In this document: one piece after another, positions 8,597-20,048 of the stretch
Numbering within the stretch: position 1 is the first letter of the stretch
Layout of the letters: each line of letters starts with the position of its first letter
Source of the DNA: an uncultured Rickettsiales bacterium
GTDB lineage: Bacteria > Pseudomonadota > Alphaproteobacteria > Rickettsiales > SXRF01
Direction of reading: 5' to 3'
Assembly: GCA_964518725.1 (NCBI GenBank)
Contig: CAZFKP010000009.1
Location: 11,435 to 75,434, forward strand
DNA length: 64,000 nt
Translations under genes and position numbers: made by a program
The notes under the pieces: model-generated
What the model was told of the DNA's origin: nothing
The model's database searches: none
What the model saw: the letters and a program-made list of their open reading frames with translations, nothing else

Positions 8597-9172
8597 TTAC
8601 CGGCGCTCTGCGCGAAGACGCGTCGATGATTCCGGGTGACGGCGCATGTGGGTGTATGCCCAAGCGGGCAGGCCGCACGGGGTGGCCGCTTTCAAAGCAC
8701 GTGGGCTCTTGCGGTATTTTGCAAACCGCAACGCAGCCTTCTTACGCAGCGCCGAGTGTGAAAACGGGCTGCGGTCGAGCACCAGCACCGGCACCAGCGA
8801 GAATATTTTTTCCCACTCCTGCCAGCGGTGGATGGTCGCGAGGTTGTCCGCCCCCATCAGCCAGACAAACCGTGTACGCGGGAAGCGGCGCTTGAGCTTA
8901 CGCAGGGAATCAATCGTATAGCGCGTGTGCATGCGGGTTTCAACGTCGCTCACCGAAATGAACCTGTACGGCGCGGTCAAGGTTTTTGCGCTGGAAAAAC
9001 GCGTGGCAAACGGCGCCATGCCTTGCGTCGTTTTCAGTGGGTTCTGCGGACTCACCAGCCACCAGATGTTCCCAACCGACAATATTTTCTTTGCTTCGAG
9101 ACTGATGTGAACATGCCCGGCATGCGCCGGGTTGAATGAACCGCCAAGCAGGCCAATGAAGTGGTTAGCCAC
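8597..9172 (-). CDS. nadD: nicotinate-nucleotide adenylyltransferase
   Basis: GLLGGSFNPAHAGH (HxGH motif), WLMGADNL and the ISSTxxR-like C-terminal region. The track ORF is 5'-extended across proA; in-frame GTG at 9172 gives about 191 aa and overlaps the proA stop by 8 nt. Confidence 0.85.
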   Translation of the reverse strand: MANHFIGLLGGSFNPAHAGHVHISLEAKKILSVGNIWWLVSPQNPLKTTQGMAPFATRFSSAKTLTAPYRFISVSDVETRMHTRYTIDSLRKLKRRFPRTRFVWLMGADNLATIHRWQEWEKIFSLVPVLVLDRSPFSHSALRKKAALRFAKYRKSPRALKAATPCGLPAWAYTHMRRHPESSTRLRAERR

Positions 9173-10424
9173 GAATTTGCCCTGTGCCGTGAATGACGTA
9201 TTTATAGGTGGTGAGCTGCTCGGCACCAACCGGGCCGCGGGCATGCAGCCTGCCGGTGGAGATGCCGATCTCGCCACCGAAACCGAACTCGCCGCCATCG
9301 GCAAACTGGGTGCTGGCGTTGTGCATAACGATCGCCGAATCCACTCCGCGCAGGAACTGCCGCGCCGCGCTTTTGTTGCCGGTGATGATGGCATCGGTGT
9401 GGTGCGAACCGTAGCGGTTGATATGTGCAATCGCCTCGCTCACATCGTCCACTACTTTCACCGAAATAATCGCCGCCAGATATTCCGTGCCCCAATCATC
9501 GTCTGTTGCCGGCTTGATGCGTTGATCCGCTTTCTGCGCCAGCACGTCACCGCGCACTTCGCACCCTTCCGCTACAAACATATCGGTGATTTTCGGCAAC
9601 ATCGTTCCCGCGACTGCCGCATCAATGACCAGCGATTCGGTGGCACCACATACGCCGAGACGGCGCATTTTAGCATTTTTCAGCACCGCCAACGCCATCA
9701 CCTCATCGGCATCCGTATGGATGTAGGTATGGCAGTTGCCGTCAAGGTGCAGAATGGTCGGGATTTTACTGTCCTGCATGACGCGGCTGGTGAGCGACTT
9801 GCCACCACGCGGCACAATCACATCAATCACCCCAACCATCGACAGCATGATGCCCACGGCCTCGCGATCGGAAACCGGCACCATCTGCACACACTCCATC
9901 GGCAGGTTCGCAGCCCTCAGGCCTTCCTGAATGCATTTCAAAATCGCCTGCGACGAATGCAGGCTCTCTGATCCGCCCCGCAAAATAGCCACGTTGCCCG
10001 ATTTGATGCAAAGCGCCGCTGCGTCAGCCGTGACGTTCGGACGGGATTCGTAGATAATGCCGATGACCCCGAGCGGAATGCTGACACGCTGCATCACCAG
10101 CCCGTTCGGACGCTCCCATTCATCAAGCAAGCGGTTCACCGGATCAGGCACTGTCGCGATCGTTTCCAGCGCCGACGCCATGCCCTCAATGCGCTTAGCA
10201 TCCAGAAGAAGTCGGTCAATCATCGCCGCATCCAAGCCTTTTTTTTTCGCCGCTGCTACGTCCTTTTCGTTCGCAGCCAAAATATCGGTGCTATATTCCC
10301 GCAGGCAGCGTGCCGCAATCACCAGCGCCATATCCTTGTCGGCATTCTTCGCTTCGGCAAGAATGTACGATGCCTCACGGGCTTTCCGCCCCAGCGCCTG
10401 CATATGTTCGGTTAAGTTTGTCAT
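9165..10424 (-). CDS. proA: gamma-glutamyl phosphate reductase
   Basis: 419 aa, aldehyde dehydrogenase fold with CNAxESLL-type catalytic Cys (GVCGATESLVID). Downstream of proB. Confidence 0.95.
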   Translation of the reverse strand: MTNLTEHMQALGRKAREASYILAEAKNADKDMALVIAARCLREYSTDILAANEKDVAAAKKKGLDAAMIDRLLLDAKRIEGMASALETIATVPDPVNRLLDEWERPNGLVMQRVSIPLGVIGIIYESRPNVTADAAALCIKSGNVAILRGGSESLHSSQAILKCIQEGLRAANLPMECVQMVPVSDREAVGIMLSMVGVIDVIVPRGGKSLTSRVMQDSKIPTILHLDGNCHTYIHTDADEVMALAVLKNAKMRRLGVCGATESLVIDAAVAGTMLPKITDMFVAEGCEVRGDVLAQKADQRIKPATDDDWGTEYLAAIISVKVVDDVSEAIAHINRYGSHHTDAIITGNKSAARQFLRGVDSAIVMHNASTQFADGGEFGFGGEIGISTGRLHARGPVGAEQLTTYKYVIHGTGQIRG

Positions 10425-10451
10425 GGCATTAAAGTAACGCGCTGGCGGCTG

Positions 10452-11558
10452 TTAGTCCAGCACCATGTCATCGCGGTGGATGAGCACATCGCGCCCCTTG
10501 AAACCCAGAAGTGCCTCAAATTCACGGGAATGTTTACCGAGGATACGCGCCGCGTCCTCACTGTCATAGGCAATGATGCCTTTGCCGAGCACGCGCCCTG
10601 CCACATCGGTGATCGCCACCGTATCGCCGCGTTCAAAATCGCCGGAAACCGCTTTTACCCCCGCCGGAAGCAGGCTTTTTCCCTGACCGAGCGCCTTGGC
10701 GGCACCAGCATCGACCACGACACTGCCCGCCAGGTGCATATCCCCGGCAATCCATTTCTGGCGCGCCGAAAGCGGATTGCCTTTGGCGACAAATCGCGTG
10801 TGTTTTCCGCCGGCGATGAGCGCGGCAAGCGGATTTAATGCCTCGCCCTTGGCGATCACCATGCTGCACCCAGCCGCAACCGCAATCTTCGCCGCCGCAA
10901 GCTTGGTCACCATGCCGCCGGAACCGGCATCGCTGCCAGCGCCTCCCGCCATCGCCTCGATCTCCGGCGTGATTGCCGCTACGGTTTCAATGAACGCAGC
11001 GGTGTTGTTTTTGCGCGGATCAGCGCTGTACAACCCGTCAATATCCGAAAACAGGAGGAGTAATTCCGCGCCGGCCATCTGCGCCACACGGGCGGAGAGC
11101 CGGTCATTATCGCCGAAACGGATTTCAGCGGTGGCCACCGTATCATTTTCATTGATGACGGGAATAACGCGTGGATTGGCAAGCAGCGTATCGAGCGTAT
11201 TGCGCGCATTCAGGTAACGCCGCCGGTTGGAGCTGTCATCGGCCGTAAGCAGTACCAATGCCGGAGAAGCGGCATCGCCGAATGCTTCACTCCACGCGGC
11301 AAGAAGCGGCGCCTGCCCGCACGCCGCGGCCGCTTGTTTTTCTTCCAGCGCCAGCACATTCGTGCCGTATCCCATTACCCGGCGGCCAACACCTACTGCC
11401 CCGGAGGTCACCACAATCACTTCCTTGCCCTGAGCTTTGAGCGCCATGATATCGGCCGCAAGTGAAGCAAGCCATTCTTTACGTACGCACCCGCCTTCGC
11501 CGATGATGAGCGACGAACCAACCTTGATTACAATGCGTTTGTATGACGATAATTCCAT
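10452..11558 (-). CDS. proB: glutamate 5-kinase
   Basis: 368 aa with an amino-acid kinase domain (RIVIKVGSSLI, VVTSGAVG) plus a C-terminal PUA domain. Confidence 0.95.
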   Translation of the reverse strand: MELSSYKRIVIKVGSSLIIGEGGCVRKEWLASLAADIMALKAQGKEVIVVTSGAVGVGRRVMGYGTNVLALEEKQAAAACGQAPLLAAWSEAFGDAASPALVLLTADDSSNRRRYLNARNTLDTLLANPRVIPVINENDTVATAEIRFGDNDRLSARVAQMAGAELLLLFSDIDGLYSADPRKNNTAAFIETVAAITPEIEAMAGGAGSDAGSGGMVTKLAAAKIAVAAGCSMVIAKGEALNPLAALIAGGKHTRFVAKGNPLSARQKWIAGDMHLAGSVVVDAGAAKALGQGKSLLPAGVKAVSGDFERGDTVAITDVAGRVLGKGIIAYDSEDAARILGKHSREFEALLGFKGRDVLIHRDDMVLD

Positions 11559-11637
11559 GCGGCAAGTATGCTCATAAACATATGCGGTTTCTAGTATTTT
11601 CTTGCATTGCGTGACGGGTTTGGTCTAGGATGCGACC

Positions 11638-12825
11638 ATGGTGACGAGTACAATAGTTTCCCTCCCGCGCCGCCTGACCAAATTCTTGCATGCGGAATCG
11701 ACCGGCGGCGTGATCATGATTTTCTCCGCCCTGGTCGCCCTGATGGTCGCCAACGGCAGCACCGCCGAGTGGTACCGGCAGCTGGTGGCGATGCCGATTG
11801 GAATTTCCGTGGGCGATACGGCTATTAGCTGGCCGCTCGATCATTGGGTAAAAGACGTGCTGATGGTATTTTTCTTCCTGCTGATCGGCATGGAACTCAA
11901 GCGCGAAATGGTCGAGGGTGTGCTTTCCAATAAAAAAACGATTTTGTTGCCACTTGCGGCTGCCGTCGGCGGCATGGCCGTACCGGCGCTGATTTTCCTA
12001 TCCATCAACTGGCAACTGCCGGAACACTGGAATGGCTGGGCGATTCCTTCGGCAACGGATATTGCCTTTGCGGTTTGCGTGCTGACGTTGGTGGGGAAGT
12101 CCGTTCCGCCTGCGCTTAAAATCTTCCTGCTGGCGGTCGCGATTTTCGATGATCTGGGCGCCATCCTCGTGATTGCTTTTTTTTATAACACCGGCCTGGC
12201 CATCGCGCCGCTCATGTTTTCCATCATCATCGTCGGGATATTGTGGCTGCTCAACCGCATACGGGTCATGGCGATATTGCCGTATATTATTGTCGGTATT
12301 GTGCTGTGGTTCGGGCTGCATGATGCAGGCATCCACACGACACTCGCCGGGGTGATTGTCGGGCTGGCGATTCCCCTGCGTAATCCCAACGACTTGTCGC
12401 ATTCACCGCTTGCCCGGTTCATGCATTTCCTCCACCCGTGGGTTGCATTTTTTATCCTGCCCGTCTTCGCCTTCACCGCATCGGGGGTCAACCTTTCCGG
12501 CCTGAGCGTGGATGCGCTGCTTTCGCCCCTGCCCCTGTCGGTGGCGATGGGATTGTTCCTCGGCAAGCAGATCGGGATTTTTGGGGTCACCTGGCTGCTG
12601 GTGGCGCTCGGCGCATCACCCCTGCCGCAAGGCACCAGTTGGCGGCACCTCTACGGCGTGTCGGTCATTGCCGGAATCGGATTCACCATGAGCCTGTTCA
12701 TCGGCATGCTGGCGTTCAGCAACCCGCTACTACAGGAAGAAGTCAAACTCGGTGTGATCGGCGGATCGCTGCTGGCAACCTTGTGGGGATGGGTCGTGCT
12801 TCGCGGGGCGAAAACATCAGGATAG
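11638..12825 (+). CDS. nhaA: Na+/H+ antiporter NhaA
   Basis: 395 aa and about 12 TM helices. Shows the NhaA signatures GMELKRE, WAIPSATDIAFA and FLLAVAIFDDLGAI (the DD pair). Confidence 0.9.
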   Translation: MVTSTIVSLPRRLTKFLHAESTGGVIMIFSALVALMVANGSTAEWYRQLVAMPIGISVGDTAISWPLDHWVKDVLMVFFFLLIGMELKREMVEGVLSNKKTILLPLAAAVGGMAVPALIFLSINWQLPEHWNGWAIPSATDIAFAVCVLTLVGKSVPPALKIFLLAVAIFDDLGAILVIAFFYNTGLAIAPLMFSIIIVGILWLLNRIRVMAILPYIIVGIVLWFGLHDAGIHTTLAGVIVGLAIPLRNPNDLSHSPLARFMHFLHPWVAFFILPVFAFTASGVNLSGLSVDALLSPLPLSVAMGLFLGKQIGIFGVTWLLVALGASPLPQGTSWRHLYGVSVIAGIGFTMSLFIGMLAFSNPLLQEEVKLGVIGGSLLATLWGWVVLRGAKTSG

Positions 12826-13221
12826 TTGCGCCCCAGGCGAAGCGGCAACGGCCGCACGGCGTTCATCTTCCTGCGTGCGAAAATAGCCCGCCACTACTTC
12901 CTTTTCAGGCGCGAGAGCATGCTGACAGCAGGGGGCGTCAGGCTCATTGAGATGCGCGTCGAGCTTCGCCTGAGCAGCGGTAGCTTTCTTTGACGTACCA
13001 TCAACCTTATCGAAGAAAGACGAGACGGTGGCTTGAATCGCGCCGAACGCAGCAAAGAAACTGCCCAGCCACAATGGCTGAGAGTTAAACCCCAAGGTAG
13101 CAGCCGCAGCGGCCACATCAGGCGCAAAGCCAAGCGCTACAGTGATCGCAGGCGCCACCACCGCAAGCAACGCGCCCACGGCAAACATGACAGCAGCAGT
13201 TTTTGCTATTTTCCAAACCAT
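12817..13221 (-). CDS. hypothetical small membrane protein (134 aa)
   Basis: Two or three Ala/Gly-rich TM helices followed by a charged tail. Overlaps the nhaA 3' end by 9 nt (convergent). No family recognised. Confidence 0.45.
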   Translation of the reverse strand: MVWKIAKTAAVMFAVGALLAVVAPAITVALGFAPDVAAAAATLGFNSQPLWLGSFFAAFGAIQATVSSFFDKVDGTSKKATAAQAKLDAHLNEPDAPCCQHALAPEKEVVAGYFRTQEDERRAAVAASPGAQLS

Positions 13222-13344
13222 AAAACGAAGCCTCTTGCCTTTTCTCTATCTTATACGGTAAATGATTCCGGACGTGAAATCATGTTAAAACTTTGTGAAA
13301 CCGCAGTTTCAGCACAGATTTAATCGTTATATTAGGGAAAAACA

Positions 13345-15003
13345 ATGGCCTCCTACCAATATGTCTATGTGATGAAAGACCTCTCCAAAGCCTATCCGGG
13401 TGGGAAAAAGGTGCTGGAGGGAATTTACCTGTCGTTTTTGCCGGGCGTGAAAATCGGCGTGCTGGGGCCGAACGGCTCGGGTAAATCGACGCTGCTCAAA
13501 ATCATGGCGGGGCTGGATAAGGAATATAATGGCGAAGCATGGGCAGCAGAAGGTGCGCGCGTGGGATTCCTGCCGCAGGAGCCGCAGCTTGACCCTAAAC
13601 TCGATGTAATGGGCAACATCATGGGCGCGCTCGCCGAGCGTAAAGCGTTGGTCGACCGCTATAATGAACTAATGGCGAACTACGATGATGCGAATGCCGA
13701 CGAAGCCGCAAAACTGCAAGACCAGATTGATGCCACCAATAGCTGGGATCTCGAGCGCGAGATCGAAATCGCGATGGATGCGCTGCGCTGCCCGCCGAGG
13801 GATGCGGATGTAACGAAAATTTCCGGCGGTGAAAAACGCCGCGTGGCACTGTGCAAATTGCTGCTGGAAAAACCTGATTTACTGCTGCTCGATGAACCGA
13901 CCAACCATCTGGATGCGGAGTCGGTGGCGTGGCTGGAGCATTTCCTGAAGGAATATAAAGGCACGGTGGTGATGGTCACCCACGATCGTTACTTCCTCGA
14001 TAATGTCACCGGCTGGATTCTCGAACTCGACCGCGGCACAGGCATTCCGTATGAAGGTAATTATTCGGAATATCTGACCCAGAAACAAAAACGCCTTGAG
14101 CAGGAAAAATCCGAAGAAGGTGCGCGCGCCAAGCGTATGGCAAGCGAGCTTGAGTGGATTCGCCAAGGTGCAAAAGCCCGTCAGGCCAAATCCAAAGCGC
14201 GTATTGCGGCTTATGAAGCGATGGTGGCGCAAGAGCAAAAAGCCCAAGTGGGTGTCGCACAAATCGTCATCCCCCCTGCCCCACGCCTCGGTCAGAATGT
14301 CATTCAGGCGGAAGGAATTTCCAAAGGCTTTGGCGATAAATTGCTCATTGATAACCTCACTTTCTCGCTGCCACCGGGCGGCATCGTGGGTATTGTGGGG
14401 CCGAACGGTGCGGGAAAAACCACCTTGTTCAAGATGATCACCGGCAATGAAAAACCTGATTCCGGCACGTTCAAAGTCGGCGAATCGGTGGTGCTCGGCT
14501 ATGTCGACCAGTCGCGCGATTCGCTCGATGACAAGAAATCGGTATGGGAAGAAATCTCCGGCGGCGATGAGGAAATTTATCTCGGGAAAAAACTGGTGAA
14601 ATCGCGCGCCTATTGCTCAAGCTTCAACTTCAAAGGCAGCGACCAGCAGAAGAAAGTCGGCGTGCTTTCCGGCGGTGAGCGCAACCGCGTGCATCTAGCA
14701 AAAATGCTACGCAAGGAAGCGAACGTATTGCTGCTCGACGAACCGACCAACGACCTCGACGTGGAAACCTTGCGCGCGCTGGAAGATGCGCTTTCCGATT
14801 TCTCCGGCTGTGCTGTCATCATCTCGCACGACCGCTGGTTCTTAGACCGCATCGCCACCCACATCCTCGCCTTCGAGGGCGATTCCCATGTGGAATGGTT
14901 CGAGGGCAACTATGAGGCTTACGAGAATGATTTGAAGCGCCGCTTAGGTGTCGATACGCTCGTGCCGCAGAAGGTGAAATATCGGCCGATTACGCGGGGG
15001 TAA
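13345..15003 (+). CDS. ettA: energy-dependent translational throttle protein EttA (ABC-F ATPase)
   Basis: 552 aa, starting MASYQYVYVMKDLSK. Two ABC cassettes (GPNGSGKST / GPNGAGKTT, LSGGE signatures) with the arm and linker typical of EttA. Confidence 0.9.
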   Translation: MASYQYVYVMKDLSKAYPGGKKVLEGIYLSFLPGVKIGVLGPNGSGKSTLLKIMAGLDKEYNGEAWAAEGARVGFLPQEPQLDPKLDVMGNIMGALAERKALVDRYNELMANYDDANADEAAKLQDQIDATNSWDLEREIEIAMDALRCPPRDADVTKISGGEKRRVALCKLLLEKPDLLLLDEPTNHLDAESVAWLEHFLKEYKGTVVMVTHDRYFLDNVTGWILELDRGTGIPYEGNYSEYLTQKQKRLEQEKSEEGARAKRMASELEWIRQGAKARQAKSKARIAAYEAMVAQEQKAQVGVAQIVIPPAPRLGQNVIQAEGISKGFGDKLLIDNLTFSLPPGGIVGIVGPNGAGKTTLFKMITGNEKPDSGTFKVGESVVLGYVDQSRDSLDDKKSVWEEISGGDEEIYLGKKLVKSRAYCSSFNFKGSDQQKKVGVLSGGERNRVHLAKMLRKEANVLLLDEPTNDLDVETLRALEDALSDFSGCAVIISHDRWFLDRIATHILAFEGDSHVEWFEGNYEAYENDLKRRLGVDTLVPQKVKYRPITRG

Positions 15004-16306
15004 TTCTTACGCCCAATAAGCGTGGTTTAATTTTTACCGCACCCAAGAGTGGAAGAAGTTTCTTCATTTCCGGCCCGTGTTCCATACCCGTTAAAGCCTT
15101 ACGAAGCGGCATAAACAACTCTTTCCCCTTACGCCCGGTTTGTTCTTTGATAATTGCGATCCATTGATCGTAAGTATTTTCGTCCCATGGCTCAGGAGGA
15201 AGCAGCATAAGGGCTTTCTGCAAAAATCCCCTATCTTCATCTCCGAAATGCACATCAACATCTTTATATACAATATTCCACCAGTCTTTGGCTTCGGAAA
15301 TATTTTTTATGTTGGCACGAATGCTATTCCAAAATTCTTCCCCAAGATAACCAAGCTGCTCCTTTACTGCACTATATGGCAAGTTATGCAGCAATTTCTC
15401 GTTCAGTTTTTCCAGTTCCGCTACATCATAATTCGCGGGTGCACGACCGAATTTCTTGAAATCAAAACTTTCAACGAGCCTGCTTAAATCATCAAACGCT
15501 TCCACCGAATCAGATGTACCGATGCGCCCGAGCAGCGAATTAATCGCCATCGGCATGATGCCTGCCTCTCGCATCCCGCGGATGTCGTTGCCGCCTACGC
15601 GCTTGGAGAGCTCGCCGTCTTTGGTTTTGAGCAGCGCCATATGCGCGAACATCGGCACTTTGAAGCCGAGTGCTTCATATAATTGCACCTGCACCGCCGA
15701 GTTACTCACATGGTCTTCGCCGCGAATGACGTGGGTAATGTTGTAGTCACCATCGTCCACCACCGAGGCGAGTGTATATAAAGGCACGCCATCTTCGCGA
15801 ATCAGTACCGGATCGCTCATATGGGTAGCTTTGAAGCGCGTTTCACCGCGAATCAGGTCATGCCACAAAAGCTCGCCATCATTAAGCTGAAAGCGCCAAT
15901 GCGGTTTGCGGTTTTTCTGTTCGTCGGTCACTTTTTGGCTGGCGCGATTATAAATCGGCGGGAGCCCACGCGCAGCGAGCTGTTTGCGCTGGATATCCAG
16001 CTCCTCGGGCGTTTCGTAACACGGATAAAGCCGGTCAGCCTTCATCAACTGCTCGATCGCTTCGTTATAACGTACAAAGCGACTGGACTGGTTAAACGTC
16101 GAATCCCAATTAAGCCCCAGCCACGCCATGTCTTCCTTGATCGCAGCCTCATATTCCGTGCGCGAGCGCTCGAGATCCGTATCATCAATCCGCAGAATAA
16201 ATTCGCCGCCCATTTTCCGCACAAACAGCCAGTTCACCAGCGCCGTGCGGACATTGCCAACGTGCAGGTAGCCAGTGGGGGACGGAGCAAAACGAGCGCG
16301 ATTCAT
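14990..16306 (-). CDS. gltX: glutamate--tRNA ligase
   Basis: 438 aa with the class I motifs RFAPSPTGYLHVGN (HIGH) and LSKR (KMSKS-like: GELSKRVG). The 3' end overlaps ettA by 14 nt. Confidence 0.95.
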   Translation of the reverse strand: MNRARFAPSPTGYLHVGNVRTALVNWLFVRKMGGEFILRIDDTDLERSRTEYEAAIKEDMAWLGLNWDSTFNQSSRFVRYNEAIEQLMKADRLYPCYETPEELDIQRKQLAARGLPPIYNRASQKVTDEQKNRKPHWRFQLNDGELLWHDLIRGETRFKATHMSDPVLIREDGVPLYTLASVVDDGDYNITHVIRGEDHVSNSAVQVQLYEALGFKVPMFAHMALLKTKDGELSKRVGGNDIRGMREAGIMPMAINSLLGRIGTSDSVEAFDDLSRLVESFDFKKFGRAPANYDVAELEKLNEKLLHNLPYSAVKEQLGYLGEEFWNSIRANIKNISEAKDWWNIVYKDVDVHFGDEDRGFLQKALMLLPPEPWDENTYDQWIAIIKEQTGRKGKELFMPLRKALTGMEHGPEMKKLLPLLGAVKIKPRLLGVRITPA

Positions 16307-16387
16307 GGGCTAACAACCTTGAAAATATTAGAAAAACCATGCATATGCGCTCGCCGCACAAATTGCAATACTAATCCTACAAACCTG

Positions 16388-16416
16388 TTGACAGTGTGGG
16401 CATCCGTGCCTATATT
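16388..16416 (+). promoter_or_regulatory. sigma70-type promoter for rplU-rpmA operon
   Basis: TTGACA (16388-16393), 17-nt spacer, then TATATT (16411-16416), about 55 nt upstream of the rplU ATG. Confidence 0.55.
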
Positions 16417-16471
16417 GCCCGTCCCTTTACGCGAGAAGCGTGAATAAATAGTTAAAAATCAGGTGGTTGTT

Positions 16472-16759
16472 ATGTTTGCAGTGGTTCGCACAGGCGGAAA
16501 GCAATATAAAGTGGCCAGCGGCGATGTGGTCGCGGTCGAAAAACTCGAAGGCAATGTCGGCGATAAAGTCGAGCTTTCGGACGTGCTCATGGTCGGCAGC
16601 AAAATCGGCGCCGGCGCGAAAGTGCTCGCTGAAATCGTGAAACAGTTCCGCGACGAGAAGGTGATTATCTTCAAAAAACGCCGCCGTCACAATTACCGCC
16701 GCAAAAAAGGTCATCGTCAATACCTGACCGAAATCAAAATCACTGACATTAAAGCATAA
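16472..16759 (+). CDS. rplU: 50S ribosomal protein L21
   Basis: [14 protein letters not shown]. The track ORF begins 3 codons earlier at GTG; ATG at 16472 has an upstream AGGTGG. Confidence 0.95.
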   Translation: MFAVVRTGGKQYKVASGDVVAVEKLEGNVGDKVELSDVLMVGSKIGAGAKVLAEIVKQFRDEKVIIFKKRRRHNYRRKKGHRQYLTEIKITDIKA

Positions 16760-16778
16760 GAGAAATTAGGAGCACGCC

Positions 16779-17027
16779 ATGGCACATAAAAAAGCAGGTG
16801 GTTCATCACGTAACGGGCGCGATTCACGTGGCCGCCGTTTGGGCGTTAAAAAATTCGGTGGCGAGACCGTCATTCCGGGCAACATCCTCGTCCGCCAGCG
16901 CGGCACGAAATTCTATCCCGGCGTAGGCGTCGATATGGGGCTTGACCATACACTGTTCGCCGTGGCCGAAGGCAAGGTGGTCTTTCGCGAAAAAACCGGG
17001 AAGATGACGGTTTCTGTCGTCGCGTAA
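16779..17027 (+). CDS. rpmA: 50S ribosomal protein L27
   Basis: [24 protein letters not shown]...[12 protein letters not shown]. Confidence 0.97.
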   Translation: MAHKKAGGSSRNGRDSRGRRLGVKKFGGETVIPGNILVRQRGTKFYPGVGVDMGLDHTLFAVAEGKVVFREKTGKMTVSVVA

Positions 17028-17033
17028 GGTGTC

Positions 17034-17390
17034 ATGGCTTTGGATCGCGATTGGAAAAATTTCCCCGACAAAGCGCTGATGGGCGTCCATTTCCAAAAAG
17101 AGCAGGGCGCTGAGCTTATCTATTGGACATCCGCCAACCCCGATACAACTGCAGAGATGTGCGGACGCCTTATCGCAGCTGAAATTCCCTACAGCCATAA
17201 GCCGCATTCAGTTTGGACTCCTAATCCATCGATGGAATCAACAAGCCCAGCGATTGGCAGCTCACATGTGGTAGAGCGCCTGGAAATTGAAACCCGTCCA
17301 AACCTCGAAAAATTTGTGGCTGCCGGCGGTAAATTTGCAACCAGCATCCACTACGAGAGATCCGCCTCCCCCACAACGCTGACACGCTGA
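17034..17390 (+). CDS. hypothetical protein (118 aa) inside the rplU-rpmA-obg operon
   Basis: ORF starts 7 nt after the rpmA stop and ends 51 nt before obg. No motif recognised, and GC is lower than in the flanking genes. Confidence 0.45.
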   Translation: MALDRDWKNFPDKALMGVHFQKEQGAELIYWTSANPDTTAEMCGRLIAAEIPYSHKPHSVWTPNPSMESTSPAIGSSHVVERLEIETRPNLEKFVAAGGKFATSIHYERSASPTTLTR

Positions 17391-17432
17391 TTTCCCAGAT
17401 GCCCGCTTGGAATCAGGCGGACACTATGATAA

Positions 17433-19273
<1,841 letters not shown>

Positions 19274-19280
19274 CACAGGC

Positions 19281-19955
19281 CTAACCGGAAACAGCTTCAA
19301 TCGTCGCTTCGTCTTCCAGGAAATGCTTGTTGCGCGAACTGGTCGACTGATAAATCTGCGATGCGTAGCGCACGTTCGATAAGGATGGGCTGGCGCTGGT
19401 TTCCGCGCGCGCCTTGGGTGCCGGCGGCGGTGATGCAATATTCTGGGTCGCCGCCTGTACGGTCGGCTGTTTAACAACCTGTTGTTGAATGGATTCACGC
19501 ACCACACCTTGTGTTTTTTCTTCCGCCAGCAATTTCGCAAATAAATTATTCGCCGCCGGTTCCGGCAAGGCCGCATTACTCGGCTTGTATTTTACCTGAC
19601 TCGCCGCCACCAGTGCTTCGTACACGGCAAGAAATTCCACCGCACCAGGAACGTCCTGCGATAAAAGTTGGGTGGCAAAGATAGCACTGGCACCAAGCGT
19701 CGCGCTGCTGGTGCTCAGGGACGATGGAATGAGTGTCGCAAGCGGCGGAGCAATCGGTGTAAAAGAAGTGGACGGAGCAGGCGGCGACGCATAGACGCCA
19801 TTACCTTTGCCATCCGGGCCAATCGAGGGAACCGAAACCGATGGCGCCACACTATCCGGCAGCACGCGCAACGCCGAAGTCCCCGGCAGCGGCGTCGCTA
19901 CCAAAGAAACTTGAGTTGGCGGTGGTAGTTGTGTAATAGTTGCGACAGGCATCAT
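19281..19955 (-). CDS. hypothetical Pro/Ser/Ala-rich protein (224 aa)
   Basis: Only sizeable ORF filling a 675-bp interval in a compact genome. The sequence is low-complexity with one predicted helical core (AVEFLAVYEALVAASQ) and no signal peptide. Confidence 0.45.
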   Translation of the reverse strand: MMPVATITQLPPPTQVSLVATPLPGTSALRVLPDSVAPSVSVPSIGPDGKGNGVYASPPAPSTSFTPIAPPLATLIPSSLSTSSATLGASAIFATQLLSQDVPGAVEFLAVYEALVAASQVKYKPSNAALPEPAANNLFAKLLAEEKTQGVVRESIQQQVVKQPTVQAATQNIASPPPAPKARAETSASPSLSNVRYASQIYQSTSSRNKHFLEDEATIEAVSG

Positions 19956-20048
19956 GCCCTAGGCGCGCCCCCCAGCGCTTTTGCTAAATGCTAAGAGTAG
20001 TATACCATACCATGACCACTACTAGCAACACACACTAAGGCTCTGATA

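Noticed and set aside
9132-9971. 279-aa plus-strand ORF
   Set aside because: Antisense to proA (strong homology-type motifs). Shadow ORF.
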